Assembly (NCBI GenBank): GCA_963704165.1 | Contig: CAVPHD010000011.1 | Span: 160,001-224,000, forward strand | Reading direction: 5' to 3' | From: an uncultured delta proteobacterium | GTDB lineage: Bacteria > Myxococcota_A > UBA9160 > SZUA-336 | Length of the DNA: 64,000 nt | Part shown: positions 1 to 11,985 of the stretch, piece after piece | Numbering within the stretch: the first letter of the stretch is position 1 | Layout of the letters: each line of letters begins with the position of its first letter | Notes under the pieces: generated by a model | What the model was told of the DNA's origin: nothing | Seen by the model: the letters and a program-made list of their open reading frames with translations, nothing else | Databases searched by the model: none | Translations under genes and position numbers: made by a program

Positions 1-1067
1 TCCGGATGCTCCGCGGCGTTGACCCAGCGCCAGCACATGGTGCCCTGCTCGTGGCCGCAGGTGTCGAGCCAGTTCTCGACGCCCGGGTCCTCGTGCGGCG
101 ACGACGACGCGAACGGATCCATCCGTCCGGAGCCGGGCGCTGTGGGAGTTCAGGTGAATTCGGAAGTACCGGTAGTCCAGTGACTCGAGCCAGTGATTGG
201 CGAGCTGGAAGTTCCAGTAGTCGCACTTCGGCGGAGTGACCTCGATGACCAGCGCCTGGTCCGGCTCGAGCTTCCAGTAGCTGTGGTAGTAGGCGATGTT
301 CGGGTCGCCGCCGGCGATGCGCGCTGCGTCGGGATCGAATCGCGGCAGCCGATTCACGTGCTTCTGGAAGCCTGCCGCCCAGCCCGCGAAGAGCTTCGAG
401 CAACCGCGCACGAACGCCGCGGAGCCGGCGAGTGCGCGGTCGATCTGCGCCGGGTCGAAGGCCCGGGGCCGGTGCGGACCGTCGATGCGTTCGATCTCGA
501 TCGAGGCGGGGATCTCGCGCGCGTGGTCGAGGCGGGTCTGGCGGACGATCAGCATCCGGCTCTCGGGCTCCATGCGAAGCCAGTTCCCGGGCTGCTGGAT
601 CTGCACTGACGACGAATCTCGAAGCGGCCGTCGGCGCCGATCTCGAGATCGCGACCTTCGAGGTAACCCGTCGTCTGCAGCGTGCCGGTCGAGCCGTAGC
701 CGCCCTTCTGCGTGCCGAAGCCGAGGTAGTGCACGGTGCCGCGGCTGCCGTGGATGCGATAGCGGAAGCGGCCGTGGATCGGCGCGCTCTGGTAGATGTT
801 GTCCGGGTTGTCGAGACCCATCTTGATGGTCTCGTGGGCGGTGCGGCGAAGCTCGGGCGCCTGCGGATCGGAGGCCTCGATCAGCGTCTCGAACGCCGCG
901 CGCGTGAGCCGCGTCAGGTACCGCCAGCCCTCGGCGCGCGTCAGCGGGTCGGCGGGGGTGGCCTCGTCGAGGACGACCGAGCCGGCGGCCTTCAGCGCGT
1001 CGCAGAACTCACTCCACGCTCCGGCCGTCGACGATCCGCTGGCTTGCAGCATCCAGGCTTCACTCAT
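1..1067 (-). CDS. DUF1214-like protein; frameshifted near 610, runs off the left edge
   Basis: ORF 549..1067 (AEGWRYLTRL, KMGLDNPDNIY) continues in other frames toward YYHSYWKL and YWNFQLANHWLESLDY, typical of this family. Confidence 0.65.
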
Positions 1068-1191
1068 GTGCGGTCACGCTCCCTCGATCGACAGCCTACC
1101 GCAGCTTCGCCGGCTTCTGCTCCGGTTTTGCGGAGCTTCGCGATTCGCGCGAAGCTCGCGAGTGTTTCATCGCGAGAGCGAATCCGACGCC

Positions 1192-3566
1192 GTGAAGCCC
1201 TTCGACGACTGCGCATCCTGGAAATCGCGGGTTCCGCGGCCGGCGCCTTCGCGGCAAAGCTCTTCTCCGACTATGGCGCGAACGTGACCCGTCTCGAGCC
1301 GCCCGCGCCCGAAACCGCGAGGGCGGAAGACGGCGGCGATCCGGAGATCGGTTCGCTCTTTGCGTATCTCGACACGGGAAAGCGTTCGCGCGTGCTCGAC
1401 GTCTCGTCGCCGGACGGACGCGCCGAGCTCGGCGACGCGCTCGACCACGCCGACGTCGTGATCGAGAGCTCGGCGCCCGGTCCGCTGCAGCCGGTGTCGG
1501 ACGCGGTCGCACGCGCCCGCGTCTGATCCGCGTGCGCATCTCGCCGTTCGGATCGAGCGGTCCCTACACGCGGTACCGATCCAACGAGTTCACCGACGAC
1601 GCGATCGCGGGTCACATGCTCCTGAACGGAGAGCGCGAGCGCGAACCGCTCGCCCGCCCCGGGCGCATCCCCCTCTATCAGGCCGGCGCACACGCGTTCG
1701 TCGGCGCGATGGCCGCGATCCGCGCGCGCGACGCGCACCTCGCGCGGACAGATCGTCTGGGTGAGTCACTTCGAAGCTCTGGCCAGCATGCACTCGCACG
1801 CCGTCGCGATGTGGACGCACGCGCGGCACGTGCTCGAGCGCGCGGGAACTCGGCAGCCCGGCCACGCTCATCCGGTCGGCATTTATCCGTGCAAGGACGG
1901 GCTACGTGCAGCTGAGCCTCCCCGATTCGCAGATGCGCGATCGCCTTCTCGCGGTCGCGGATCTTCCGGAGCTCCTCGCTCGACCCGCGCTTCGAGAGCG
2001 ATCTCGCGATCGCGCTGAACAAGGACGCCTTCGACGACGCGCTGCGTCCCTGGCTGATGTCGCACGGCGAAGACGAGATCGTCCGGCTCGTGCAAGCGGC
2101 GGGAGGCGCGTGCGGACCGGTGGCCTCGGCGCTGCACGTGCTCGCCGATCCCCACCTGCACGCGCGCGATTTCTGGCGCAGCTCGGAAACCGCGCCGACG
2201 CTCCGGCAGCCGCGCGGACCGTTCGTGCTGAGCGGACGCGAGAGCGAAACGCGTGCCGCGCCCGCGCACGGCGCAGCTCCGGGCCGCTGCATGCGACCGG
2301 TCCGCTCCACGGACTCCGCGTGCTGGACCTCTCGCGAGTCTGGGCGGGACCCCTCGCCGCCCGCATCCTGGGTGACCTCGGGCGCCGACGTCATCGGCGT
2401 CGAGTCTCCCGTCCAACCGCGGCACGGAGCCGGTCTCCGCGAAACTGGCCGAGATCGCGCACCTCTTCCCCGACGACGAACCCGGAGAGCGACCGTGGAA
2501 TCGCTACGGCGCGTTCAACGATCTCGCGCGCAATCGGCGCGGGGTCACGCTGGATCTGCGGCTTCCCGCGGCGAAGCGCGTCTTCGAGGCGCTGGTGAGA
2601 CAGGCCGACGTCGTGATCGAGAACTTCACGCCGCGCGTGATGCCGAAGCTCGGTCTCGGCTTCGATCGACTGTCGCGAGCTCAATCCGGCGGATCGTCCT
2701 CGTTTCGATCTCGGGCTACGGCGCGACCGGACCCCATCGCGACCGGGCGGCGTTCGGCCCGACCATCGAGGCGGGCACGGGCTCTCGCACGCGATGGGAT
2801 ACGACGGACTCGGGACCGTACGGATCCGGCGTCGCGTGGCCCGATCCGGTGTCGGCGCTGTTCGCGGTCGCGGGCGCACTGATCGCGCTTCACGACCGCG
2901 ACACGATCCCGGAACGGCACGGCCAGCACGTCGATCTCTCGATGCAAGAGGCCAGCCTGTGCGTGATCGGCGAACTGCTGCTCGAGGCCCAGCTTCGCGA
3001 AACGAGCCCCCCGCGCGTGGGAAACCGCAGCTCGCGACGCGCGCCGCAAGGCGTGCTACCCGTGCGCGGGGCGGGATCGCTGGATCGCCATCAGCGTGGA
3101 CTCCGACGAGGCGTGGCGAGCGCTCTGCAGCATCGCCGGACTCGGCGGCGGACTCGCCGGTCTCGACGTGGTCGAGCGCCGCGACCGCCACGACGAGATC
3201 GACGCGGCGATCTCCGCGTGGACCCGCGGCTCCGATCCGCTCGATCTCATGCACCGGCCTCCAGCGCGCGGGCGTGATCGCCGCTGCACTGAGTGACGCG
3301 CGCATGCTCTGCTCGGATCCGCATCTCGAAGTCGCGCGGGTTCTTCGTCGAGCTCGATCATCCCGAGACGGGGCGCCGGCGCTCACCCGGCTGCGCGATT
3401 CACCTGAGCGAGACGCCGGCCAGCGTACCGACGACCGGCGCCGTGCCTGGGGCAACACAACACCGAGGTGCTTCGCGACGTCGCGGGGCTGACGCCCACC
3501 GAGATCCGCGAGCTCGAGAGCCAGGGCATTCTGGTCGACAAGCCGCCGCGGATCAGAAGCCCTTGA
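1192..3566 (+). CDS. Two-domain family III (CaiB/BaiF) CoA-transferase, several frameshifts
   Basis: Domain 1 has LRILEI...FSDYGANV and DTGKRS; domain 2 has LRVLDLSRVWAGP, ADVVIENF and WPDPVSA; fragments are spread over frames; TGA at 3564-3566. Confidence 0.75.
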
Positions 3567-4380
3567 ACTCCGGCTTGCGCTTCTCGACGAACGACGACGT
3601 CCCCTCGCGCGCATCGCGCGTCGCAGCGGTCAGCGTCGCGACGACCGCCTCGTAGTCGAGGATCTCCTCGAGGGTCGACGTGAGTGACTTGTGGATGACG
3701 CGGCGCGCGAGATCGATCGCGACGCTCGGACCGCGCGCGAGCCGCCGCGCGTACTCCATGCGGCCGGGAGCGCCTGACCTTCGGGAACCAGCTCGTCGAT
3801 GAGTCCCATCTCGAGCGACGCGCTCGGCGTCGTAGACGTCGCCCGTCGCGACCATCATCAGCGCGGTCGACACGCCGACGATGCGCGGCAGGAAGTACGT
3901 GAGGCCGCAGTCGGGACTGAAACCGAGTCGCACGAAGATGGCCGACGTGCGCGCCGTCGGGTCGGCGAACCGTCGATCGCAGGCCAGCGCATACGCCAGT
4001 CCCGCACCGACGGCGGGTCCGGCGATCGCCGCGATCACCGGCTTCTCGACGTCGACGATCATTCGCGTCACGTCGGCGAACGTGCCGGCCGGCGTCTTGC
4101 GCTGGTAGCGGGGCATGGGTTTGTCGGGACTCGAAAGCCCGGGCAGCGGTCGATCCCCCGATCCGCTCAGGAACTCCGCATCTCCGCCGGAGCAGAACGC
4201 GCGCCCCGCGCCGGTCAGCACCACCGCGCGAACTTCGTCGCGCTGACGGATCTCGCGGAAGAGCTGCGCGACGTCGCCGGCCATGTCCCAGGTGACGGCA
4301 TTCAACCGCTCGGGACGATTCAGCGTGACGATGCCGACTCCGTCGTCCAGCTCGAAGAGAACGTGATCGCTCGCTGCCAT
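3553..4380 (-). CDS. Enoyl-CoA hydratase/isomerase family protein
   Basis: LNRPERLNA, FCSGGD, GPAVGAG, EKRKPEF motifs. Confidence 0.9.
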   Translation of the reverse strand: MAASDHVLFELDDGVGIVTLNRPERLNAVTWDMAGDVAQLFREIRQRDEVRAVVLTGAGRAFCSGGDAEFLSGSGDRPLPGLSSPDKPMPRYQRKTPAGTFADVTRMIVDVEKPVIAAIAGPAVGAGLAYALACDRRFADPTARTSAIFVRLGFSPDCGLTYFLPRIVGVSTALMMVATGDVYDAERVARDGTHRRAGSRRSGAPGRMEYARRLARGPSVAIDLARRVIHKSLTSTLEEILDYEAVVATLTAATRDAREGTSSFVEKRKPEFKGF

Positions 4381-4407
4381 CTTGGCCCCTGTCCGGAAGG
4401 TTTCGAA

Positions 4408-6130
4408 CTACTCGGACACGCCGGTCGCGTGCCGTGCCGCGACGTACGCAAACGTGCATGCGGGTCCCAGCGTCGCGCCCGCGCCCGGGATAGGTGCGGC
4501 CCATGACCGACGCCGAGCAATTGCCGATCGGCGTACAGACCCCGGATCGGTGCGCCCGCGCCGTCGAGCACGCGCGCGTGCGCATCGGTCACGAGTCCGC
4601 CCTTCGTCCCGAGCTCACCGGGATGCGCGACCATCGCGTAGATACGGCGGGGTCTCGATCGCACCGAGACAGGGGTTGGGGCCGACCTTGGCATCGCCGT
4701 AGTAGCGATCGTAGTCCGTCTCGCCGCGGTGGAAGTCGAGATCCTTTCCCGTCCGCGCGTACCCGTTCACCTTCTCCACCGTCGCGCGCAGGCGCCCGGG
4801 ATCGAGGCCGAGCTGGGTCGCGAGTCCCTCGATCGTGTCGGCCTTCGCGAGGTAGCCCTGCCGGAGGCGCTTCGGCAGAACCCAGTCGGGCTGCTGCGCG
4901 CCGGGAAGCAGGGGGCCGACGGGGTACTTCTTGCGGAACGTGGCGTCGAAGATCAGGTACGCGGGAACGCACGACGCGTCGGCGCTGTGCTTCTCGTACA
5001 TCGCATTCACGACGTCGGTGTAGGGAGCGGCCTCGTTCACGAAGCGTTCGCCGCTCCCGTTCACGAGTATGCTTCCCGGCAGCGACTTCTCGATCACCAG
5101 CAGGCGCGCGCGCCCCTCGCCGGGGACCCGCGTCGTCGGCGTCCACCAGGCCTCGTCCATGAGCGCGGTCGCAGCGCCGACGCCCTCCCCCATGCGCAGC
5201 GCGTCGCCCGTGTTCTCGGGATTGGCGCACGTCCAGTCGGCGGACGTCGGCTTCGGCAGGTAGCGCTCGCGCAGCCCGGGATCGTTCTCGAATCCGCCCG
5301 CGGCCATCACGACGCCCCGGCGCGCGCGAATCCGGATCGCGCGACCGTCGCGCTCCGCCACGACACCGACGACGCCTCCCGTCCTCGACGACGAGCTCGC
5401 GCGCCGGGGTCTCGAGCCAGAGGCGAATGCCGCGATCGGCCAGCGACGCCCGCAACATTCCGACCAGCGCGTTTCCCATCGCGAGATTCCGGTCGCGCTT
5501 CGATCGGAAGCGCCAGCGAAGATCGAAGGCGTAGCGGAACATCAGCTTCAGCGTCAGCCCGACCCAGCCGGGAGCGCGCGTGAGCAAGTCGCGCGCCTCG
5601 GGAATCGTCATGAAGATCCGCCCCATGATCAGCATCTGCGGGCTCTGCTCGCGCATGCGCAGGAGCTCATCGCCGAGAACCTTCGCGTTGAAGCTGGCGG
5701 GCTCGATCGATCGACCTCCTGGCTTGCTCCCGGCGACGCGCGGGTAGTAGTCCGCGTACTCGGGCAGCGCGACCATGCGAAGTCGCGTCCGCTCGCACAG
5801 GTACCGGACCATCTCCGGTCCACTGTCGAGGTACGCCCGGATGCGATCGTCCGAGACACTTCCGCGTGTCAGCTCGCGCAGATACGTCCACGCCTCGGCC
5901 GGTGTGTCGGGTACGCCGGCGGGACCCATCAGGTGGTTGTTCGGGATCCAGAATCCGCCCCCCGACATCGCGGACGAGCCGCCGTAGCGGTCGCCCTTCT
6001 CGATCAGGAGCGTCGTGCCTCCGTGATCGTGCGCGGCGAGCGCCGCGGTCATGGCGCCCGCGCCGGAGCCGACCACCAGCACATCGACCGTCTCGTCCCA
6101 GACCGGCCCGCTCGCTTCGCTCATGTCCAC
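4408..6130 (-). CDS. kstD: 3-ketosteroid delta-1-dehydrogenase-like FAD protein, frameshifted (about 5380, 4640, 4530)
   Basis: GSGAG FAD motif, GGSSAMSGGGFWIP, YADY, NEAAPY, GTKGG and YPG motifs across frames; steroid gene context. Confidence 0.75.
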
Positions 6131-6160
6131 ACTCCCGTCGTCGCTGCGGCGACGCCCGAC

Positions 6161-6809
6161 TCAGCTCCGCCGGCCGCGAAGCAGGTAGCGCGTGACGCCG
6201 AGCAGCTCTTCCCGGAACGCGGCGATCCGCGCGGCGCTCGGCGGCTTGCCGCGGTTCCGGCGATCCAGAAGCGGATCGCCGGTCACGAACCAGACCGTGG
6301 CCCCGGCCAGGATGCTGACGAGATGCGCCGGCGACACCTGCCGCACGACGCCGTCCCTTTGACCTTGCTCGATGCCCGCGAGCACCATCGCGTACATCGG
6401 ATCGACGAGCCGGCGGACGTCGGGGCGCAGCTCCCCCGCGGAGTCGGCCAGCTCGCGCATGAACAGGCGGGCCAGCGTCGGGCGCTCGCCCGCGTACGCG
6501 ACCCAGGCGTCGATCATCGCCTCGATGCGCGACGCATGCGAGTCGTCGCTCTCGGAGCGCCGCCTGAATCCGCTGCGAGAGCGGCTCGAACGCGGACTCG
6601 AGCACGGCCTCGTAGAGCGTCTGCTTGTCGCGGAAGTGGTAGATGACCGCGGCGCGCGTGATCCCGATGCGCTCGGCGATGTCCTCGAGCCGTGCCGTCG
6701 CGAAGCCGCGCGCGGCGAACTCCTGCTCGGCCGCCGCGAGGATCAGCTCCGGCATCCGCTCGGCGGCCGGTGCAGCTCGCCGGGAGCTCGCTCGTTGGCT
6801 GACCGCCAT
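6161..6809 (-). CDS. TetR/AcrR family regulator, frameshift near 6560
   Basis: N-terminal HTH ILAAAEQEFAARGF...IYHFRDKQTLY; C-terminal part in ORF 6161..6517. Confidence 0.85.
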
Positions 6810-6816
6810 CTGCGGT

Positions 6817-6844
6817 ATCTTACTCAGGAGTCAGGCCGTGTCAA
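6817..6844 (-). promoter_or_regulatory. sigma70-type promoter TTGACA-16-TAAGAT containing operator CTGACTCCTGAGTAAG; likely leaderless tetR transcript
   Basis: Minus strand reads TTGACA cggc CTGACTCCTGAG TAAGAT accgcag ATG. Confidence 0.75.
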
Positions 6845-7260
6845 CGCGGTCGTTCGACGCTGGCGAGCATCCGATCGAACTCCCAGAACGCGCGCAGCGA
6901 GGCGATCTTCCCCAGCGCATCGACGCGATACAGGAAGACGCCCCGGGTGATGAACGTCGAGCCGTCCGCCGTCGTCGTCGTGATGCTCGCGACGTTGGCC
7001 ACCTCGTCGCCGCAGGCGAACGAATCCACCAAATCGAACTTCACGCGCACCGAGGCGATGGTCCGATCCCAGAACGCGCCGATCTCCGCCTTGCCGCGGT
7101 GGCCCCTTCCGTTCGGATCGAGCGGCGAGCGACCGACCGGGTCTTCGACGATCGCATCGTCCGCGAAGAGCGCGAGCCATTCCTGCTTCGCGTTCGGCGG
7201 ACGCGTCTCGACGATGTGTACCGACCGCTTCGACGCGGCTCTTGCGGGATGCTCGGCCAC
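6841..7260 (-). CDS. NTF2/SnoaL-like (ketosteroid isomerase-like) protein
   Basis: WLALFADDAIVEDPVG...GKIASLRAFWE. Confidence 0.75.
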   Translation of the reverse strand: MAEHPARAASKRSVHIVETRPPNAKQEWLALFADDAIVEDPVGRSPLDPNGRGHRGKAEIGAFWDRTIASVRVKFDLVDSFACGDEVANVASITTTTADGSTFITRGVFLYRVDALGKIASLRAFWEFDRMLASVERPR

Positions 7261-7339
7261 TTCCTTCCCTCTTCGTCCGCTCGCAGCCTATACTACCGCG
7301 CGCGCTACAGCGCCCCCCGCCGAAGAGCAGAGAGATCCG

Positions 7340-8197
7340 ATGGCCAGGCAGGACAAGCGCATGAGCGAAGCCGACGTCGTCGCGAGGCTTCGCGACGGAA
7401 TGACCATCGGCATCGGGGGCTGGGGCTCGCGGCGCAAACCGATGTCGCTGGTTCGCGCGATCCTCTCCTCGTCCCTGCGCGACCTGACCGTCGTCTCGTA
7501 CGGCGGACCCGACGTCGGACTGCTCTGCGCTGCGGGCAAGATCAAGCGCTTGATCTACGGCTTCGTCTCGCTCGACTCGATCCCGCTCGAGCCGCACTTC
7601 CGGCGCGCGCGCGAAGAGGGGCGAATCGAGGCCGTCGAATACGACGAGGGCATGCTCCAGTGGGGCCTCTACGCGGCCGCGCTTCGCCTGCCGTTCCTGC
7701 CGACGCGCGCCGGACTCGGATCGGACGTCTTGAAGATCAACCCGGAGCTCGAGCTCGTGCGCTCACCGTATGCCGACGGTGAGCAGCTCGTGGCCATGCC
7801 GGCGATCGAGCTCGATGCGGCGCTGATCCACATGAACCGGGCCGACGCGCGCGGGAACGGTCAGTTCCTCGGTCCCGATCTCTTCTTCGACGACTTGTTC
7901 TGCATGGCGGCGAAGCAGCGCTTCATGTCGTGCGAGAAGGTCGTCCCGACCGAGGAGCTGCTTCGCGAGGGCACGTTCCACACGCTCCGCATCAACCGAA
8001 CGATGGTCGACGGCGTGATCGAGGCGCCGGGCGGCGCGCACTTCACCGAGTGTCCGCCGGACTACGAACGCGACGAGGCGTTCCAACGCGAGTACGCCGC
8101 CACGGCGCGGGATCCCGAGGCGTGGCGGAAATTCAGAGAGACCTACCTCGACCTTCCCGACGAGGCTTCGTATCAACGCGCGGTGCGGGCGCGATGA
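7340..8197 (+). CDS. ipdA: IpdA, CoA-transferase-fold COCHEA-CoA hydrolase alpha subunit
   Basis: GMTIGIGGWGSRRKPM, GFVSLDS, RAGLGSD; first gene of an ipdAB-ipdC-echA20-fadA6 run. Confidence 0.9.
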   Translation: MARQDKRMSEADVVARLRDGMTIGIGGWGSRRKPMSLVRAILSSSLRDLTVVSYGGPDVGLLCAAGKIKRLIYGFVSLDSIPLEPHFRRAREEGRIEAVEYDEGMLQWGLYAAALRLPFLPTRAGLGSDVLKINPELELVRSPYADGEQLVAMPAIELDAALIHMNRADARGNGQFLGPDLFFDDLFCMAAKQRFMSCEKVVPTEELLREGTFHTLRINRTMVDGVIEAPGGAHFTECPPDYERDEAFQREYAATARDPEAWRKFRETYLDLPDEASYQRAVRAR

Positions 8198-8958
8198 AGG
8201 GCTTCACCCGAGCCGAGGTCTGCGCCGTCGCCATCGCCGAGACGTTCCGCGGCGACGGCGAGATCCTCGTGAGTCCGATCGGCACGCTCCCGAGCATCGG
8301 CGCGCGCCTCGCGCGGCTCTCGTTCGAGCCCGACCTGCTGCTCACCGACGGCGTCGCGATGCTGATCGCCGACACGCCGCCCGTCAGCGGCGAACGGCGC
8401 GACCCACCCGTCGTCGAGGGCTGGATGCCGTATCGCAGCGTCTTCGACACGCTCTGGGCCGGCCGCCGCCACGTGATGATGGGCGCGACGCAGGTCGATC
8501 GCTTCGGCAACCAGAACATCGCGTGCATCGGTCCCTACGAGCGACCGAAGGCGCAGCTTCTCGGCATGCGAGGCGCGCCGGGCAACACGCTCAGCCACGC
8601 GACGAGCTACTGGGTGCCCAATCACGGAACGCGGGTCTTCGTCGAGAAGGTCGATGTCGTGTCCGGCGTCGGCTACGACCGCGCGGCGACGCTCGGCGGA
8701 CACGCCAGCCGCTTTCACGAGATCCGCCGGGTCGTCTCCAATCTCGGCGTCTTCGACTTCGACACGCCGAGCCGCACGATGCGGCTCGCGTCGGTCCATC
8801 CCGGCGTTCGCGTGGCGGAGGTCGTCGAGAACACGGGCTTTCCGCTCGAGCTCGCGCGTGACGTGCCCGAGACGCGCGCGCCGACCGAAGAGGAGCTCGA
8901 GCTGATCCGCACGCGTCTCGATCCGCTCGGCGCGGGCCAGAAAGAAGTGAGCGGCTGA
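8194..8958 (+). CDS. ipdB: IpdB, beta subunit
   Basis: TRAEVC, VEGWMPY, GRRHVMMG, GMRGAPGNT; ATGA overlap with ipdA. Confidence 0.9.
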   Translation: MKGFTRAEVCAVAIAETFRGDGEILVSPIGTLPSIGARLARLSFEPDLLLTDGVAMLIADTPPVSGERRDPPVVEGWMPYRSVFDTLWAGRRHVMMGATQVDRFGNQNIACIGPYERPKAQLLGMRGAPGNTLSHATSYWVPNHGTRVFVEKVDVVSGVGYDRAATLGGHASRFHEIRRVVSNLGVFDFDTPSRTMRLASVHPGVRVAEVVENTGFPLELARDVPETRAPTEEELELIRTRLDPLGAGQKEVSG

Positions 8959-8965
8959 GGCGGAG

Positions 8966-10024
8966 ATGGCGTCGGCACTCGACACGCGGCTGTGTACGAT
9001 CCTCGGCATCCGCCACCCGATCCTGCAGACGGCGATGGGCTGGATCGCGACGCCGGAGCTCGTGGCCGCGAGCTCGAATGCCGGGGCGATGGGTTTTCTC
9101 GCGACCGCGAACCTCCGGCCGGACGAGGTCGATCTCGCGATCACGCGCGTGAAGCAGCTCACCGAGAAACCCTTCGGCGTGAACCTGCTGATGGACGCCC
9201 CCGGCGCCGAAGCGATCGCCGACGCGATGATCCGCCAGCGCGTTCGCGCGGCGAGCTACAGTCGCGCGCCGAATCCCGACTTCATCCGGCGCTTCAAGCA
9301 GGCCGGGATTCTCTGCGTTCCGACGTGCGGTGCGGCCCGCCACGCGCAGAAAGCGGCGAAGCTCGGCGCGGACGTGATCGTGATCCAGGGCGGCGAGGGC
9401 GGAGGCCATACCGGGAGCGTGCCGACGTCGATCCTGATCTCGCAGGTCGTCGACGCCGTGGATCGCCCGGTCGTCGCCGCCGGCGGCTTTCACGACGGCC
9501 GGGGGCTCGTCGCCGCGCTCGCGTTCGGCGCGGTCGGGATCGCGATGGGCACGCGCTTCCTGCTCAGCGCGGAGAGCCCCGTGCCAGCGTCGACGGCCGA
9601 GCGCTACTTTGCCGCGGGCGTCGACGACCTGATCGTCACGACGCGGATCGACGGCATGCCCCACCGCGTGATCTCGAACGAGCTGGTGCGGCGGCTCGAA
9701 GAAAGCAACCGCGTGGGCCTGCTGCTCCGCGCGCTGCGAAGTGCCCTCGCCTACCGCAAGCTCTCCGGCGCGTCGCTGCCTTCCCTGCTGCGCTCGGCCT
9801 TCGCGCTGCGCCGCAGCGAGAAGCTCACGCGCACGGAGATGCTGATGGCCGCGAACTCGCCGATCCTGATCCAGAAGGCGATGGTCGAGGGCCGGCCGGC
9901 CGAGGGGGTCCTGCCGAGTGGTACGGTGGCGGGCGTGATCGACGACCGGCCGACCTGCGCGGAGCTGATCGAGCGGATCGTCCGCGAGGCGGAAGCGACG
10001 CTCGAATCGCTCGCACCAAGATGA
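8966..10024 (+). CDS. ipdC: IpdC-like flavin reductase (nitronate monooxygenase fold)
   Basis: QTAMGW, QGGEGGGHTG, MGTRFLL; directly downstream of ipdB. Confidence 0.8.
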   Translation: MASALDTRLCTILGIRHPILQTAMGWIATPELVAASSNAGAMGFLATANLRPDEVDLAITRVKQLTEKPFGVNLLMDAPGAEAIADAMIRQRVRAASYSRAPNPDFIRRFKQAGILCVPTCGAARHAQKAAKLGADVIVIQGGEGGGHTGSVPTSILISQVVDAVDRPVVAAGGFHDGRGLVAALAFGAVGIAMGTRFLLSAESPVPASTAERYFAAGVDDLIVTTRIDGMPHRVISNELVRRLEESNRVGLLLRALRSALAYRKLSGASLPSLLRSAFALRRSEKLTRTEMLMAANSPILIQKAMVEGRPAEGVLPSGTVAGVIDDRPTCAELIERIVREAEATLESLAPR

Positions 10025-10034
10025 GGACGAGAAG

Positions 10035-10793
10035 ATGTCGTTGAAGGTCGAGATCCGAAACGGCGTGGCCGAGGTCATGCTCGACCATCCCCCCGTCAAC
10101 GCGCTCGACAGCGCGGGCTGGTCGAAGCTGGCCGAGACGCTGCACGCGATCGGGCGTGACGGCGAAGCGCGGGCCGTCGTGCTCGGCGCGAACGGGCGCG
10201 GCTTCTGCGCCGGGGTCGACATCAAGGAGCTCGCCGCCGACTCGAGCCGGATCACGAAGGTGAATCGCGCCTGCTTCGACGCGTTTGCGGCGGTGCACGA
10301 TTGCCCGGTTCCCGTGATCGCCGCCTGCCACGGGTTCGTGCTCGGCGGCGGAATCGGCCTCGTCGGCTCGTGCGACATCATCGTGGCCTCGCACGACGCG
10401 AGCTTCGGCCTGCCCGAGATCGATCGCGGCGCGCTCGGCGCCGCCTCGCACCTGATGCGGATGTTCCCGATCCAGAAGGTCCGCAAGATGCTCTTCACCG
10501 GCGAGCCGATTCCCGCAGCCGAGGCGCACCGACTCGGTGCGATCGAGGCGCTCGTGGCGAAGGAAGAGGTCCTGCCGACCGCGCGCCGGATCGCCGAATC
10601 GATCGCGTCGAAGAGTCCGAAGGCGATCCGTCTCGCCAAGGAGTGCATGAACGGGATCGAGCTGCTCGACGTGAAGACGAGCTATCGCTTCGAGCAGGGC
10701 TTCACGCTGGAGCTGTACACGTCCCCCGATTCACAGGAAGCACGCGACGCCTTCGTCGAGAAACGCGACGCGAAGTTCAAGGACACCGTCTAG
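10035..10793 (+). CDS. echA20: EchA20-like HIEC-CoA hydrolase (crotonase)
   Basis: PPVNAL, GFCAGVDIKE, FGLPEIDRGALG, SYRFEQGFT. Confidence 0.85.
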   Translation: MSLKVEIRNGVAEVMLDHPPVNALDSAGWSKLAETLHAIGRDGEARAVVLGANGRGFCAGVDIKELAADSSRITKVNRACFDAFAAVHDCPVPVIAACHGFVLGGGIGLVGSCDIIVASHDASFGLPEIDRGALGAASHLMRMFPIQKVRKMLFTGEPIPAAEAHRLGAIEALVAKEEVLPTARRIAESIASKSPKAIRLAKECMNGIELLDVKTSYRFEQGFTLELYTSPDSQEARDAFVEKRDAKFKDTV

Positions 10794-10810
10794 TCAGAGA
10801 GAGGTTCACG

Positions 10811-11965
<1,155 letters not shown>

Positions 11966-11985
11966 GCTGGCCGCGGGGCGATCGC

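Noticed and set aside
1133..1164. Hairpin GAGCTTCGCG/CGCGAAGCTC and a partial operator match (AAGCTCGCGAGTGT)
   Set aside because: No U-tract for a terminator; four mismatches to the closest operator copy
8966..10024. True nitronate monooxygenase activity
   Set aside because: Position after ipdAB points to IpdC; the family name is a fold label
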